Positions 41,412-55,063 of a DNA stretch of 64,000 bases are shown here, piece by piece (within the stretch, counting starts at the first letter, position 1; each line of letters starts with the position of its first letter). The stretch spans positions 413,912,001 through 413,976,000 of the forward strand of contig OZ024741.1 in NCBI GenBank assembly GCA_964016885.1, given 5' to 3'. The stretch comes from Eledone cirrhosa. Lineage: Eukaryota. The notes beneath the pieces were generated by a model that saw only the letters and a list, made by a program, of their open reading frames with translations, searched no databases and had not been told where the DNA came from. A program made the translations under genes and the position numbers.

Positions 41412-42970
41412 TAAAAGTAAGCCACTCTACCTGGCATTCGTTGATCTTGAGAAAGCCTTTGACAGAGTTCCACGTGCTATAATCTGGTGGGCTCTTAGAA
41501 AACTAGGAGTAGATGAATGGCTTGTGAAAGCTGTACAAACCATGTATAGGGGAGCAGTCAGCAAAGTTAAGATTAGCAATGAGTATAGCGAGGAATTTAG
41601 CGTACAGGTTGGGGCCCACCAGGGCTCTGTTCTTAGCCCTCTCCTGTTCATCATATTCCTGCAGGCAATAATGGAGGAGTTTAAGACCGGATGCCCATGG
41701 GAACTCCTGTATGCTGATGACCTCGCACTTATAGCTGAATCTATGGTAGAACTAGAGAAGAAATTCCAAACTTGGAAGCAGGGACTAGGAAGAAAGAGTC
41801 TCAAAGTCAACATGACAAAGACTAAGGTCCTTGTAAGTAGACGAGAAGACAGAGCCCAGATCCCCTCAGGGAAATGGCCTTGCTCAGTATGTAGGAAAGG
41901 TGTAGGTAGGAACTCCATTCTCTGCCCCAAATGCAAACAATGGGTACACAAGAGATGTAGCGGGATCTCAGGAGGCTTAATTAAGAATGTAGGCTTCACA
42001 TGCAGCAGCTGTGTTGGGATAGCAAGCAGAAAACAGCCACAGGAAACAAGTACCACCAATTTCTGGGAGGGCTCTGTAAAACAGTAGGCAGCTTCTGCTA
42101 CCTAGGTGACCGAATTAGCAGCGGAGGTGGGTGCTCAGAAAGTACAATAGCTAGAGTAAGAACGGGATGGAAGAAGTTTAGGGAACTACTACCACTGCTA
42201 GCTGCAAAAGGCTTCTTCTCAGAATGAAAGGCAGACTGTATGATGCGTGTATCCAAACAGCGATGTTGCATGGTAGTGAGACCTGGCGCTGAAGGTGGAA
42301 GACTTACGTAGATTAGAGAGAAACGAAGCCTGCATGCTCCGATGGATGTGTAACAGTAATATACGCGAACGACAAAGCATAAATGAATTGAGAGAGAGAC
42401 TGAGCATAAGAGGAATCAAATGCTGTGTGCAGGAGAGGCGGTTGCGTTGGTATGGACATGTGATGCGTATGAAGGATGACAGCTGCATAAAAAGGTGCAG
42501 AGCACTAGAAGTCGATGGAAACCGCGGAGTGGGGAGACCCAAGATGACCTGCGATGAGGTAATAAAAGCCGACCTTACCAAATTACACCTCTCAAAGGTG
42601 ATGACACACGACCGTGACCTCTGGCGTCATGCAGTAATACAGAGTACCCGACCTCCCATGGGTACATGCTGAAGCATATAAACAATATGCCCCCCCCCCC
42701 CCACCGCAAGGTGGTCGTGGAGGTGTCACGGCAAAAAAGCACCCAGCCCACACTGTAAAGTGGACGTGTAGGCGCCACGAAAAAGCACCCATCACTCACT
42801 GTAAATGAGGTTGGTGTTAGGAAAGGCATCCAGCTGTAGAAATCAAGCCAAATCAGTTCCTGTATGAGCAAGGCATGGTCAGCCGACCAGACACTGCCCA
42901 CAACAGGACAACCCGTCTAACCCATGCTAGCATGGAAGAACGGACGTAAAACGGTGATGATGATGATAAT
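41412..42970 (+). pseudogene. 5'-truncated, frameshifted RTE family 3 (RT + PHD + 3' UTR)
   Basis: ORFs 41524-42087, 42000-42227 and 42295-42672 tile the RT and C-terminus. Confidence 0.9.
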
Positions 42971-43099
42971 GATATATATACATACATATATACATACATA
43001 TATACATATACATATAGATATACATACATATATACATATACATATAGATACATACATATATATATAGATACATACATAAATATATACATATATATATAG

Positions 43100-43133
<34 letters not shown>

Positions 43134-43279
43134 ACATACATATATATACATATATATATATACATACATATATATACATATATATATACATACATATATA
43201 CATATATATATACATACATATATACATACATATATATACATATATATATACATATATACATATATATATACATACATAT

Positions 43280-43311
<32 letters not shown>

Positions 43312-43517
43312 GCTATCGCCGTATTTTGACTAAAGAAATTAAAGAAATTATTTTAGCCTGATAGTGGGGTTAAGAACCCCCAGAGAAATGGAAAAAGATG
43401 AGTATTGACGTACATGTACGTCAATTCTCATCTTTTTCCATCTCGCTGAGGGTTCTTAACCCCACTATCAGGCTAAAATAATTTCTTTAATTTCTTTAGT
43501 CAAAATACAGCGATAGC
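43312..43517. repeat. 206-bp near-perfect, loopless palindrome in (TA)n
   Basis: Symmetric about GTACA|TGTAC at 43414/43415. Confidence 0.92.
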
Positions 43518-43724
43518 TTACATTTCTAATAATTTCAAACCAACTCGCTGTTTCGAAAATATTCTTACTTGATATATATATACATATATTTATATATATT
43601 TATTAAAATAACAGATTAAAGTTATTTTAATAAATATTTGCTCTACGGTTCTTATATATTTGATATATATTTATCCTTATCGAGCCCTCTTTGGATTTTA
43701 GTCTTCAAATTTATTATTATTACT

Positions 43725-43779
<55 letters not shown>

Positions 43780-43941
43780 CATATATATATAGATACATAC
43801 ATATATATATATATATACACATATATATATATATATATACATATATACATACATACATACATAGATGTATATATATATATACATACATACATACATACAT
43901 ACATAGATGTATATATATATACATACATACATACATAGATG

Positions 43942-43983
<42 letters not shown>

Positions 43984-44370
43984 CATACATACATAGATGT
44001 ATATATATATATACATACATACATAGATGTATATATATATATACATACATACATACATAAATGTATATATTATTATATATACATACATACATAGATGCAT
44101 ATATATATACACATACATAGATGTATAGATGCATATATATATATATACATAGATGTATAGCTGCATATATATATATATGTACATACATAGATGTATATAT
44201 ATATATATATACATACATAGATGTGTATATATATATATATATATATACATAGATGTATATATATATATATATACATACATAGATGTGTATATATATATAT
44301 ATATGTATATATATATACATACATAGATGTATATATATATATATATACATACATACATGCATACATACAT

Positions 44371-46834
44371 ACTAATATTCTATCGGAGGTATCTAACTGA
44401 CCTCTACCAACAAGTTCTTAGGGGAGATACACTTATACCAGAATGGTTGACATTAGCACAAACGTTACTGGTCCCCAAGAACAAAGACACCCACTTGGCA
44501 AAAAACTACCGACCCATTGCATGCCAGAACCTGATGTATAAGATGTATACGGCCTGCCTGAACCTATTCCTCCAAGATCACTGTGAAAATAATAACATCT
44601 TCACAGATGAACAAGCAGCTGGAAAGAAAAGGGTTTGGGGATGTGCTGAACAACTCCTAATCAACAAAACTGCGATGTCGGAGGTGCGACAATTTAGGAG
44701 GAATATGTCTACAGTCTGGCTGGACTACAAGAAAGCTTTCGATTCTGTTCCCCACTCTTGGATGATAGAGGCCCTCCAACTTGCTAAAGTCCCAGACATT
44801 ATTGTCAGAGCCATAGAGAGGCTGTCTTCTTCTTGGGCTACTATCCTAAGGTTAAAGACAAAGAGGGAGGACTCTATTTTCACTGATAAAATAAAATATT
44901 GCAGGGGTATATTTCAGGGGGACAGTCTCTCTGTGATTTTGTTCATCTTGTCATTAAACCCCTTGTCCTTTCTGCTCAAGAAATGTGAGGGATACATCAT
45001 TGGCTCACAGGAGGACAGAAATACGAACCTAACCCATAACTTCTTTGTGGACGATCTGAAACTCTATGCCAAGAACATGGATGGGATGAAGAAAAATCTT
45101 GACCTGGTTACAACATTCTCAAAGGATATAGGAATGGAGTTTGGCCAAGTTAAATGCTCATACATGACTGTAAAGCAGGGAAAAACAACAACCCAATCTA
45201 GCAACATTGTCATCAATGGTCTGTTTCACCGATATCTGATGAGGACTGCTAGATACCTGGGGATAGATGAGAACATATCCTATAATGGTATCTGTAATAA
45301 GCAACACGTAACCAGGGAATACTACACCCGATTAAGAAAGATCTGGTCATCGGAACTCTCTGCGCAAAACAAGACAGTGGCTCACAATGTGTTTGTTGTG
45401 CCTGTCCTAACACCAACGTTTGGAATACTCAATTGGACGGTAGACGAAATCCGAGCAGTTGATGTTGGAACTCGAAAAATACTGAACAACACCGGAAACT
45501 TCCACATCAACAGTGACATAGACCGCCTTTACTTGAAACGTAAACAGGGAGGCAGAAGCCTAATATTAGTCCAGACAACATTTGAATGTCGTATCATATC
45601 TCTCCGACAACATCTACGAACCTCGAAGCGTAGGAGCCCGCTTCTCAAGCAAGTCTATCTGCATGAAACAGATAAGATCATGAGAGTTGGGAAGGAACTC
45701 CTTGAGAGATATTCCCTGTGTGATAATCAAAATCTCACACCCAGGGATGTCGCTCAGCAGTATCGCAGTGAATCCATGGATGAAAAACTGCATGCCTATC
45801 AGCAAAAAATCATGCATGGATATGTTGCCAGGAAGCTCCAGAGTGAGTGTAATATAGATAAGGAAATTAGTCTATCTTGGACCAACAACCGCTATATTGG
45901 CTCCCACTTTGAAGGATACGCTTTTGCAATCCAAGAACAGGAGATTAGCACGAAATACCTGATTCACAAAAGAGATAGGGATGCAGGCAAAACACCTAGA
46001 TGTGATAACAAGTGCAGACTCTGCAGAACTAACATCGAGGATATCACCCATGTCATCAGCAGCTGCCCAAAGATGTCATCGCGGTACTATCTACCTATGA
46101 GGCATGATGTAGTGGCCAAAACACTGTACAATGCAGTTCGTAAAAAAGATAGCCCCGATAACAAACACATTAAAAGCTACAACAATGTGGAAGACATCCA
46201 TGTACATAATATGAAAGAGTACTGGTGGAATGTTCCTGTAAAAACCCCAATAAAATGCAGGCATAACAGACCAGATATTATGATATGGGACAGGGAGAAG
46301 AAAACATGCACAATAGTGGAAATTAGCTGCCCAGCAGATGCCAATATAATATCAAAGATTAGTGAAAAGGAGAATATTTATGCAGAACTGATGAGAAATC
46401 TGCAGATACTCCACCCTGATTACACCTTCAGATTTATGCCTGTGATTATTGGGGCACTGGGATATGTTAGTAACTGCCTCAATACAAATCTTGAGAAGCT
46501 AGGCTTCACAGGAACAGAAAGAACACAACTAGTTAGGAAATTACAAGTACAATCCATTAATGGAACAGTAAAAATATGTAAAACATTCCAAAAATTTTGC
46601 ATCTAATAACTGCATCTACACATGTACAGATACAAAGCATATACACATGCACACATACAACTCAAAACATACACATCCACACATACAATAACATCCATAT
46701 CTATGCATGCAGACATACATAAATATCTACCTAGTTGATGTTGTGTAAATTCCAATGAGAGAGTTTTGTGTCTATGTTAGAAACCGACTCTCTCTCTATT
46801 GGTAAAACTTTGTGAAATTATAAAACCAGAAGAA
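44371..46834 (+). mobile_element. R4/Dong-type non-LTR retrotransposon (RT + CCHC + restriction-like endonuclease), 5'-truncated; ORF ends 46606
   Basis: YRPIAC, WLDYKKAFDSVPH, GIFQGDSLS, FVDDLKLY, YLG; CRLC..HVISSC, RHD, RPDI..VEISCP..K. The first ~15 aa of the called ORF are microsatellite. Confidence 0.9.
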
Positions 46835-47068
46835 CATATATACATGCATACATACACATGCATACATACATACATACATAGATGTATATATATATATACA
46901 TACATAGATGTATATATATATATATATATATATACATATATACATAGATGTATATATATAAATATACATACATAGATGTATATATATATATATATATATA
47001 CATACATACATAGATGTATATTATTATATAGAGATTACAGTAATTAAAGTTCAGTTTAAGTCATTTAT

Positions 47069-47117
47069 TTGCTTACAATTGTTTCCTCCAAACCGAGGTT
47101 TGGATTCTTCGGAGCAA
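47069..47117 (-). ncRNA. Variant hammerhead (family E), inverted-repeat copy
   Basis: Reverse complement of 52005-52053. Confidence 0.7.
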
Positions 47118-47981
47118 CTATTTATAACATACATGACCTCCTTTTCAACCCAAGAGACACATAAAACATATGCGCATATTGATCAACAGTGGGGTGACAT
47201 TCATCAAATGGTATAGCATGGCAATTTACATATAAAGGTTACAGGATAAAAATAAAATAAAATAAAATAAAATAAAATAAAAACAAGAGTGAAAATGAGA
47301 GTGAAAATAAAGATAAACATGAAGTGTTGGCAGTCTATGAAGATAAAGCAAGAGGAAAGCTTAGAGTAGTCAGTGTATGAAACAATCTCCCGTGTAGCAT
47401 GCACGCGTGTCTTATCTATACATGATTAGAGTGCGTCAGAATGATATTTGCAGGGTCAGGCAGTTGAAGCAGGCAATCGATCTTATTATATAGGCTGAAT
47501 TCTTAAGTCATTTATTCTCATACGTCTGTATGATATACAGTCTCGGATGCGGGGAAACACCAAAATATCAAAAACCTTCAACATACTATAAACCTTATTG
47601 TATCGTAGGCAAGGTCGTACCACTGTCCTTGCTCACACCACCACTCACATAATCCATGAGACGCAATATATGTATAGAGAACACGCGTCTATCGTGTAAT
47701 TCGCAGTGGTTCAGCATATAGTCAAGCTATAAACCGTATCCAGTCGGTTCTTAATTAATATATCATGCTGTCCAGATTCCGGAAGTGCCTGAATGACTAA
47801 GGGGAATTAATGCATAAGGGGAGGTAACTAGCTAGTTATCTTAGTTACATTACTATGCTAAACTACATTAATGGTGATTCAAATACGTGCCTATCATGTG
47901 AAGTTATAGCTAATATCTAGAGTACCCTTAATACTAATAACTGCTCCATTTTGTTGAGCTGATATACCATAAATTACCAGC

Positions 47982-50465
47982 ATGCTGATCAAAGACCAAC
48001 TCCCTATGTCAACCAAGAACATACCTTTACCAACCAAAAATACATATGAAAAGTTGTTGATCAACAGTGTAAACTCCTTTAACAATAGAGTGAGATGGAG
48101 GACATTCCATTATGATAGAAACAAATCTGGCAAGGATAATAACACCAACAAATTTGACTCCTTCGGCTTTAAAACATTTAGAAGCCCCCCTCGTAACACT
48201 CTACTAAACCTCTTCGAAAACGACCTAATTAAACTAGTTAAAAACATTAAATACAAAAAACACCATAATAAAAACAACACCTTCTTAAACAAACTTAGCA
48301 CCTCTATTAATGACTTCAAAACTAGTAGTAAAATTGTTGTACATCCCGACAAAACTAATAACATATACAGCCTAGATTATAATACGTATAGAAAGTTTAT
48401 ATATAATGAACTACATAAAAGCTACAAGAAAACCACTATGAAAAACTTAGAAGATATTAATATGGAAGGCTATAATATAGTATCCAAACTAGGGCTCCAG
48501 AGACATACACAACCTTACACCCCAAACCCCCCTAGATTCTCTCTGAAGGACCATAAGGTAGACTTCATTAGCAACCCCTCGATTAGACTAATCTGCCCCT
48601 CCAGGTCTGACATTGGCATTATCAGTAAAAAAATCCTAGACAAAATCATCCCACAGATTAAACACAAGATTTACCTTAAACAATGGGGAAATATGGGTGA
48701 AGTGATTGAATGGTTCAAAAATATCATAGATAACAAGGATAAAAAATTTATTCAATTTGATATCAACTCTTACTACACCTTTATTTCCCCTATCCTACTA
48801 AATAAGGCACTTATAATGGCCATGGACAATAGTGACTTGACTAGACCCCAGATTGATGTCATACTTGCGGCCCGTAAAACAATAATCACCTTTGAGGACC
48901 AATTATGGACCCGCAAGGATACGCAAAACAACTTCGACATTACTATGGGGTCTAGTGACTCGGCGCAGGTCACTGATTTGGTTGGCCTATACTTACTTAA
49001 GCTAATCCACAGGGAACTTCCGTACTTCAGCGGTGGTTTGTATCGCGACGATGCACTTCTACTTATAGACTATAAAAAATTCAATATAGAAAGGACTAGA
49101 AAACTATTGCACAAAACATTCAAAAACTTTAACCTTAGTATCACCATGGACAAAAACACCAAAAACGTCAACTTCCTAGACGCCACACTCTACTTAGACT
49201 CAATGATATATGCACCTTTCCACAAACCTAATGAAAAACTCATCTACGTAGATACCAAGTCTAACCACCCTAAATCTATATTGAACTCTATCTCTAAGGG
49301 AGTATCTAATAGAATCTCTAATCTATCCTATGACATAAACACATTTAACAATAACTCACAGTATTATAATCAGGCATTAGCTAGATCAGGCCATAATACA
49401 GGGATAGAGTTCCTACCTACAAAAACACATAGCTACAACATCATTTCACACAACATGTCCATGGGAAAATTTAATAATAGGAATAGCAACTGCACACACA
49501 CTAATAGGGATTGTAACAACAAGAGTAACCCGCACCACAGAAATGACCATAGGAACATTAAAGGAAACAAATCACCAGACATAAAAAACAGAAATAGAAG
49601 AAGAAATAATACATTTTTCAACCCTCCTTTCAATTTAAACGTCTCTACCAACCTTCCTAGGGCTTTCTTCTCACTACTAGATAAACACTTCCCATCCGGC
49701 CACAGGTACCACGGCCTTTTAAACAAAAACACTATTAAGATCTCATACTCTACTACGCCTAACTTAGCATACTACATAGCTAGTACAAATAAAAGAAAAA
49801 TTAATTCTTACTTCCAACAAACTAAATCACAACGGTCGATAAACCTTCAAAATAACATTCAAAATAACAGTCAAAGTAACATTATAACAAATAACCGTAA
49901 TATCAATGGAAATAATAGTAATAGCACTAGGGTAAACATTAACGCTGCGTACCACAACCCGCATAACCATAACCCTATAGCTAACCGCCAAACTTCTACA
50001 CAGCATAGTAACCGGCAGACTAGCACCCAGAGTAATTGTAACTGTAGATCAAGTAGAACCTGCCCTTTAGATAATAAATGCTTAACCAAGGATATCATAT
50101 ACTCATGTACAGTCACAACTAACAGCTCTTCTGAAACCTACATAGGCTCCACTTCTAACTGCTTCAAAACTAGATACAATTCGCACCTCCACTCTTTCAA
50201 AAAACACAGTCTAGCCAACTCCACTTCACTATCTAGCTACATACACTATCTAAAAACTAAAAATAAAATATATACACTTAAATGGGAAGTGGTAGGTAGT
50301 GCAACATCGTACAAACCACCTGATAAATTTTGTAACCTCTGTCTACTAGAGACCCATACTATCATCTTCTCTAAACATAATCTCCTTAATAAAAAATCAG
50401 AAGTGTTCGCAAATTGCCAACACCGCTTCCGACACTCGTTCCAAAACTTTAAACCCTATATATAA
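47982..50465 (+). CDS. PLE reverse transcriptase + GIY-YIG endonuclease (Naiad-type), intact
   Basis: 827 aa; STKNIPLP, RVRWR, PDKT, IQFDINSYY, TMGSSDSAQVTDLVGLY, LYRDDA, NFLD, CNC..CPL..C, IIY..YIGST, CNLC, CQH. Confidence 0.93.
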   Translation: MLIKDQLPMSTKNIPLPTKNTYEKLLINSVNSFNNRVRWRTFHYDRNKSGKDNNTNKFDSFGFKTFRSPPRNTLLNLFENDLIKLVKNIKYKKHHNKNNTFLNKLSTSINDFKTSSKIVVHPDKTNNIYSLDYNTYRKFIYNELHKSYKKTTMKNLEDINMEGYNIVSKLGLQRHTQPYTPNPPRFSLKDHKVDFISNPSIRLICPSRSDIGIISKKILDKIIPQIKHKIYLKQWGNMGEVIEWFKNIIDNKDKKFIQFDINSYYTFISPILLNKALIMAMDNSDLTRPQIDVILAARKTIITFEDQLWTRKDTQNNFDITMGSSDSAQVTDLVGLYLLKLIHRELPYFSGGLYRDDALLLIDYKKFNIERTRKLLHKTFKNFNLSITMDKNTKNVNFLDATLYLDSMIYAPFHKPNEKLIYVDTKSNHPKSILNSISKGVSNRISNLSYDINTFNNNSQYYNQALARSGHNTGIEFLPTKTHSYNIISHNMSMGKFNNRNSNCTHTNRDCNNKSNPHHRNDHRNIKGNKSPDIKNRNRRRNNTFFNPPFNLNVSTNLPRAFFSLLDKHFPSGHRYHGLLNKNTIKISYSTTPNLAYYIASTNKRKINSYFQQTKSQRSINLQNNIQNNSQSNIITNNRNINGNNSNSTRVNINAAYHNPHNHNPIANRQTSTQHSNRQTSTQSNCNCRSSRTCPLDNKCLTKDIIYSCTVTTNSSSETYIGSTSNCFKTRYNSHLHSFKKHSLANSTSLSSYIHYLKTKNKIYTLKWEVVGSATSYKPPDKFCNLCLLETHTIIFSKHNLLNKKSEVFANCQHRFRHSFQNFKPYI

Positions 50466-52004
50466 TAATGTCAGACTGGAACCGGCACCACCCCTAGCAA
50501 TTAACATCAGTAGCACACCTTACACCTCACATCCACACCCATCTCTATACTCTAAAGATAATACTGACAGCTTTTTAGTACCACCTACCCTGGGAATACC
50601 CCCTTGTACCTCTAATACTGATATCTCAACCGTGGACTACTTATTCTGCATTGCACAAATATAAGATTAGTATAAATTGGGGACACGGTACTGGTTGCAA
50701 TAGCATAGTCCTGTGCATGGATTACCACCAAGAGATAGATTGATGATTAGATAGATAATCGTATTGTTAAGTGATTATATACTGTAAGCGATCAGTTCAT
50801 TGAATTATGCACGTAATCATCTTGATGTGGACTCCTTTAATACCTATTAATAGACTCCACTCTAGCTTGGAGATGTGATACATAATTGATTTATATTTGG
50901 GACGGGGGTTGCCTATTGCTTGATGGCCAGACTAGTGCATTTATATGAGAGATTGGATCTCCGGACCATACCGAAGATTTACTGGAGATGCAGACAAGCA
51001 ATGACCCGGAGCCTACCGGGTGGCATATATAATAGTGGGACCATACCAGGTCCTACTGTTATATTACATTTGCATGGAGCAGTGACTTGAGAGTCTGACT
51101 CCTCTTATAGAACGTTCAGATATGACACCCCTTAATTAATGGATGGTAATCATCCTAATATATACACCCTTGTACTTCTTAATGGACAACTCTCTAACCT
51201 ATAAATGGGTAACATACTCTAGATATTAGCTATAACTTCACATGATAGGCACGTATTTGAATCACCATTAATGTAGTTTAGCATAGTAATGTAACTAAGA
51301 TAACTAGCTAGTTACCTCCCCTTAGTCATTCAGGCACTTCCGGAATCTGGACAGCATGATATATTAATTAAGAACCGACTGGATACGGTTTATAGCTTGA
51401 CTATATGCTGAACCACTGCGAATTACACGATAGACGCGTGTTCTCTATACATATATTGCGTCTCATGGATTATGTGAGTGGTGGTGTGAGCAAGGACAGT
51501 GGTACGACCTTGCCTACGATACAATAAGGTTTATAGTATGTTGAAGGTTTTTGACATTTTGGTGTTTCCCCGCATCCGAGACTGTATATCATACAGATGT
51601 ATGAGAATAAATGACTTAAGAATTCAGCCTATATAATAAGATCGATTGCCTGCTTCAACTGCCTGACCCTGCAAATATCATTCTGACGCACTCTAATCAT
51701 GTATAGATAAGACACGCGTGCATGCTACACGGGAGATTGTTTCATACACTGACTACTCTAAGCTTTCCTCTTGCTTTATCTTCATAGACTGCCAACGCTT
51801 CATGTTTATCTTTATTTTCACTCTTATTTTCACTCTTGTTTTTATTTTATTTTATTTTATTTTATTTTATTTTTATCCTGTAACCTTTATATGTAAATTG
51901 CCATGCTATACCATTTGATGAATGTCACCCCACTGTTGATCAATATGCGCATATGTTTTATGTGTCTCTTGGGTTGAAAAGGAGGTCATGTATGTTATAA
52001 ATAG

Positions 52005-52053
52005 TTGCTCCGAAGAATCCAAACCTCGGTTTGGAGGAAACAATTGTAAGCAA
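52005..52053 (+). ncRNA. Variant hammerhead (family E, CCGAAGA core)
   Basis: TTGCT-CCGAAGA-A-TCCAAAC-CTCG-GTTTGGA-G-GAAA-CAATTG-TA-AGCAA. Confidence 0.72.
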
Positions 52054-52457
52054 ATAAATGACTTAAACTGAACTTTGATTACTGTAATCTCTATATAACT
52101 GCTCTGTAAAACAACTGATGTTATTACATTCAGCTATTTATCTTACTGGTAATAGGATAGTAATTAATGACTATCTCTCACTACTTAGGGTTTGTGTATA
52201 TATAATATATTACCATCAAAGGATTTATTGCATACATAACCATAAATAGTACCCTTAATACTATATTATTATATATACATACATACATAGATGCATATAT
52301 ATATATATATATACACATACATAGATGTATAGATGCATATATATATATATATACATAGATGTATATATATATATATATATATATATACATACATAGATGT
52401 ATATTTATATATATATATAGATATATATACATAGATGTATATATACATACATAGATG

Positions 52458-52495
<38 letters not shown>

Positions 52496-53429
52496 TACAT
52501 TCATATATATATACATACATATATATATATATATATATACATACATACATAGATGTATATATACACACCCATATATATATATATGAAATAACAAATCTCC
52601 TGGCATCAGAGACAGTATTTGTCTCAACCCCAAAGTAACCATAAAGTATTAATATAGATGTTTCCTGTTCAACATCTCAACAAAAGTCTTTCAATTAAAA
52701 TATTTACCGAACTCACAAAACACGAATGATACTGTTTTCAGTTTGTCAAAACCAATATATATATAAATATATATATATACATATATAAATATATATATAT
52801 ACATATATACATGGTGTTCCCCAAAAACGTAAATACACTTTGATTACCTGTACAGGCAATATTTATTAGAATGCTGTTGAAGTGTGTATATATATATTTT
52901 TAGGACACACTGTATATATATATATAAATACCAATAGATATATATATATATATACACAGATATACCAAAAAAAAATATATATATATATATATTTCTATAT
53001 ATATATATATTTTTTTTTTTAAATAGTGAAAGTCAGTATATATATATATATAATAATAATACTGACATGAACCTAAACATGGAGTGCTCACCCGAGTGAA
53101 CCTACAGTAACTCCGACTTACACTCCCTGGATATATACATATATATATTTATATACTGATAATTTATGAAACATTAAAAACAAATCTTTACATTAAAGAT
53201 TAACTAAGACCCACTGTTAACAATCTACATGTTAGAAATGTCACGAGTTAAATCTAATACTTTGTTGTTGGCTATTTTCAGTTGTTGTTTTTTGACTAGT
53301 TTTGTCTTTCTTCTTCTTTCCCCACTTATTCCTGTGAGGCTCAAGAGGACAAAGTCCTCAAATAACCCTCAAGTGGGTTCTGTTAGAAGCAACTGTCTCT
53401 AATTGATCCAACTGGATCATCAACGATCA

Positions 53430-54237
53430 TGAATAATAATGAAATTATTGTGTACAGTGCTCAGGTGCACTACAACTCATCAAAGGTGCATGTATAGTAC
53501 ATAGAATAATGTACAAATGTCAGGAAAATGAACAGTGTATGAGTCATGATATAATAATAATAACAATAATGAAATATTGTGTACAGTGCCCAGGTGCACC
53601 ACAACTCATCAAAAAAGTGCATGTACAGTACATAGGGCAATGCACAAACATCAGTAAAATGAACAGTGCACGAGTCATGATACACACATGTGTGCATGTG
53701 TATGGAAGGGGTACATCAGGTGTAGTTTTGGCGTATTTCGGGAAGCATGAGTGTCTTAAAGGATGCAGTGTCTCGGCAGCTAACAATTGACGCAGGCAGT
53801 TTGTTCCATGCTTCAGCAACTCTGAGCGTGAAAAAATGTCTACGAAAGTCATGGGAGCTGTGCTGTTTTCTGATCTTGTAGGCATGTCCACGTGTGTTAG
53901 ACACATGGAGATCAAAGAGGCGCTCAGGGTTGCAATTGGCGAGATGGTTAAAAACTTTGTGGGTATTCACCAAGTCCATTGCCAGACGTCGGAGCTTCAA
54001 TGAATCCATGCCCAGGGAAGCAAGGCGTTCAGAGTATGGTAGGTGTCTGATGGAGGGTATGCGCTTGGTTGCACGTCTCTGAACAGTTTCCAGGAGGTCA
54101 ATGTTCTGAGCAAGATAGGGGTTCCAGACTGATGATGCGAATTCCAAGTGTGGTCGCACCATAGCTGTATACAGTTTTAAGTAGATGGCTGGAGAGCGGC
54201 TAACAAAGGTCTTGCTGAGTGATGCCAAGACACCCTC
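53430..54237 (-). pseudogene. CR1-group LINE 3' fragment with duplicated tail
   Basis: LYTAMVRPHLEFASSVWNP..LETVQRRATK..YSERL..TRGH..FFTLRV..WNKLP; tail repeated at ~53431 and ~53555. Confidence 0.88.
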
Positions 54238-55063
54238 TGTGAATGTTATCCAATTATTGGGTTCTCCTGCAGGTTGGTTTTGTCCATAAAATCTGTCCAG
54301 CGATATTTTTCCTGAGACATTCTAATGAAAACTGGTATGTATTATGGTCGATATTAAAACAGCCAAGAGATGTCATATGAGATACAACCCTGTAGAAGGT
54401 TGACTAAATCTACATATGTATGGACCAACTACAACAAATTATTAAATTATATATAAATGTTTAAACTGTGATTCAAATCAATCAAAAACAAAAAAATCAT
54501 ATATTTTATTCTAAAATAAAGTATCTTTACCAATTAAAATTTTAAAGTTCAAATCTTTTGGTAAAATTTTAAGTTTAATAAATCATTAAATCTCACTCTA
54601 TTTCTTCACAGAAATACATACACAAACGTTTCAGACACACACACATATAGACCTTTAACACACACATACAAGAATACATAACAAAATCCCTTCCAAACCA
54701 CCCCTGCTCTCTTAAAAACACCAACTACACAGACTCTGGAGTTTTAGATTCAATCGTTTTACTGGTTTCAGTTATTAGACAGAGGCCATACTGGAGCACA
54801 GCCTTTAATGGGGACATTTAGACAATCATATCAGCCCAAGTACTCTTTGGAAGTATGGTACTAATTTCATCGATCTCTTTTTATCTAACTGCTAAGTTAT
54901 GAGCTAAACAAAAACATGGATGGACATACATAAACTCACACACACGCTAGAGTGGAAAGTGGTCATTAAAATATATATAACAGACAAGCATTGAAGAATC
55001 AACACCATAAACCTGCCCAATAATGTATCACATAATTACATGAATAATATTTATACAGATTAA

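Larger units (their letters stand above)
47031..52261 (+). mobile_element. Full-length Naiad-type PLE with ~890-bp inverted terminal repeat and 14-bp TSD
   Basis: 47025-47924 = revcomp of 51215-52098; TATATTATTATATA at 47017-47030 and 52262-52275. Confidence 0.92.

Noticed and set aside
47025-52098. Long inverted repeats as DNA-transposon TIRs
   Set aside because: They are asymmetric (unique tail beyond one arm), contain an HHR, and flank an RT/GIY-YIG ORF rather than a transposase.
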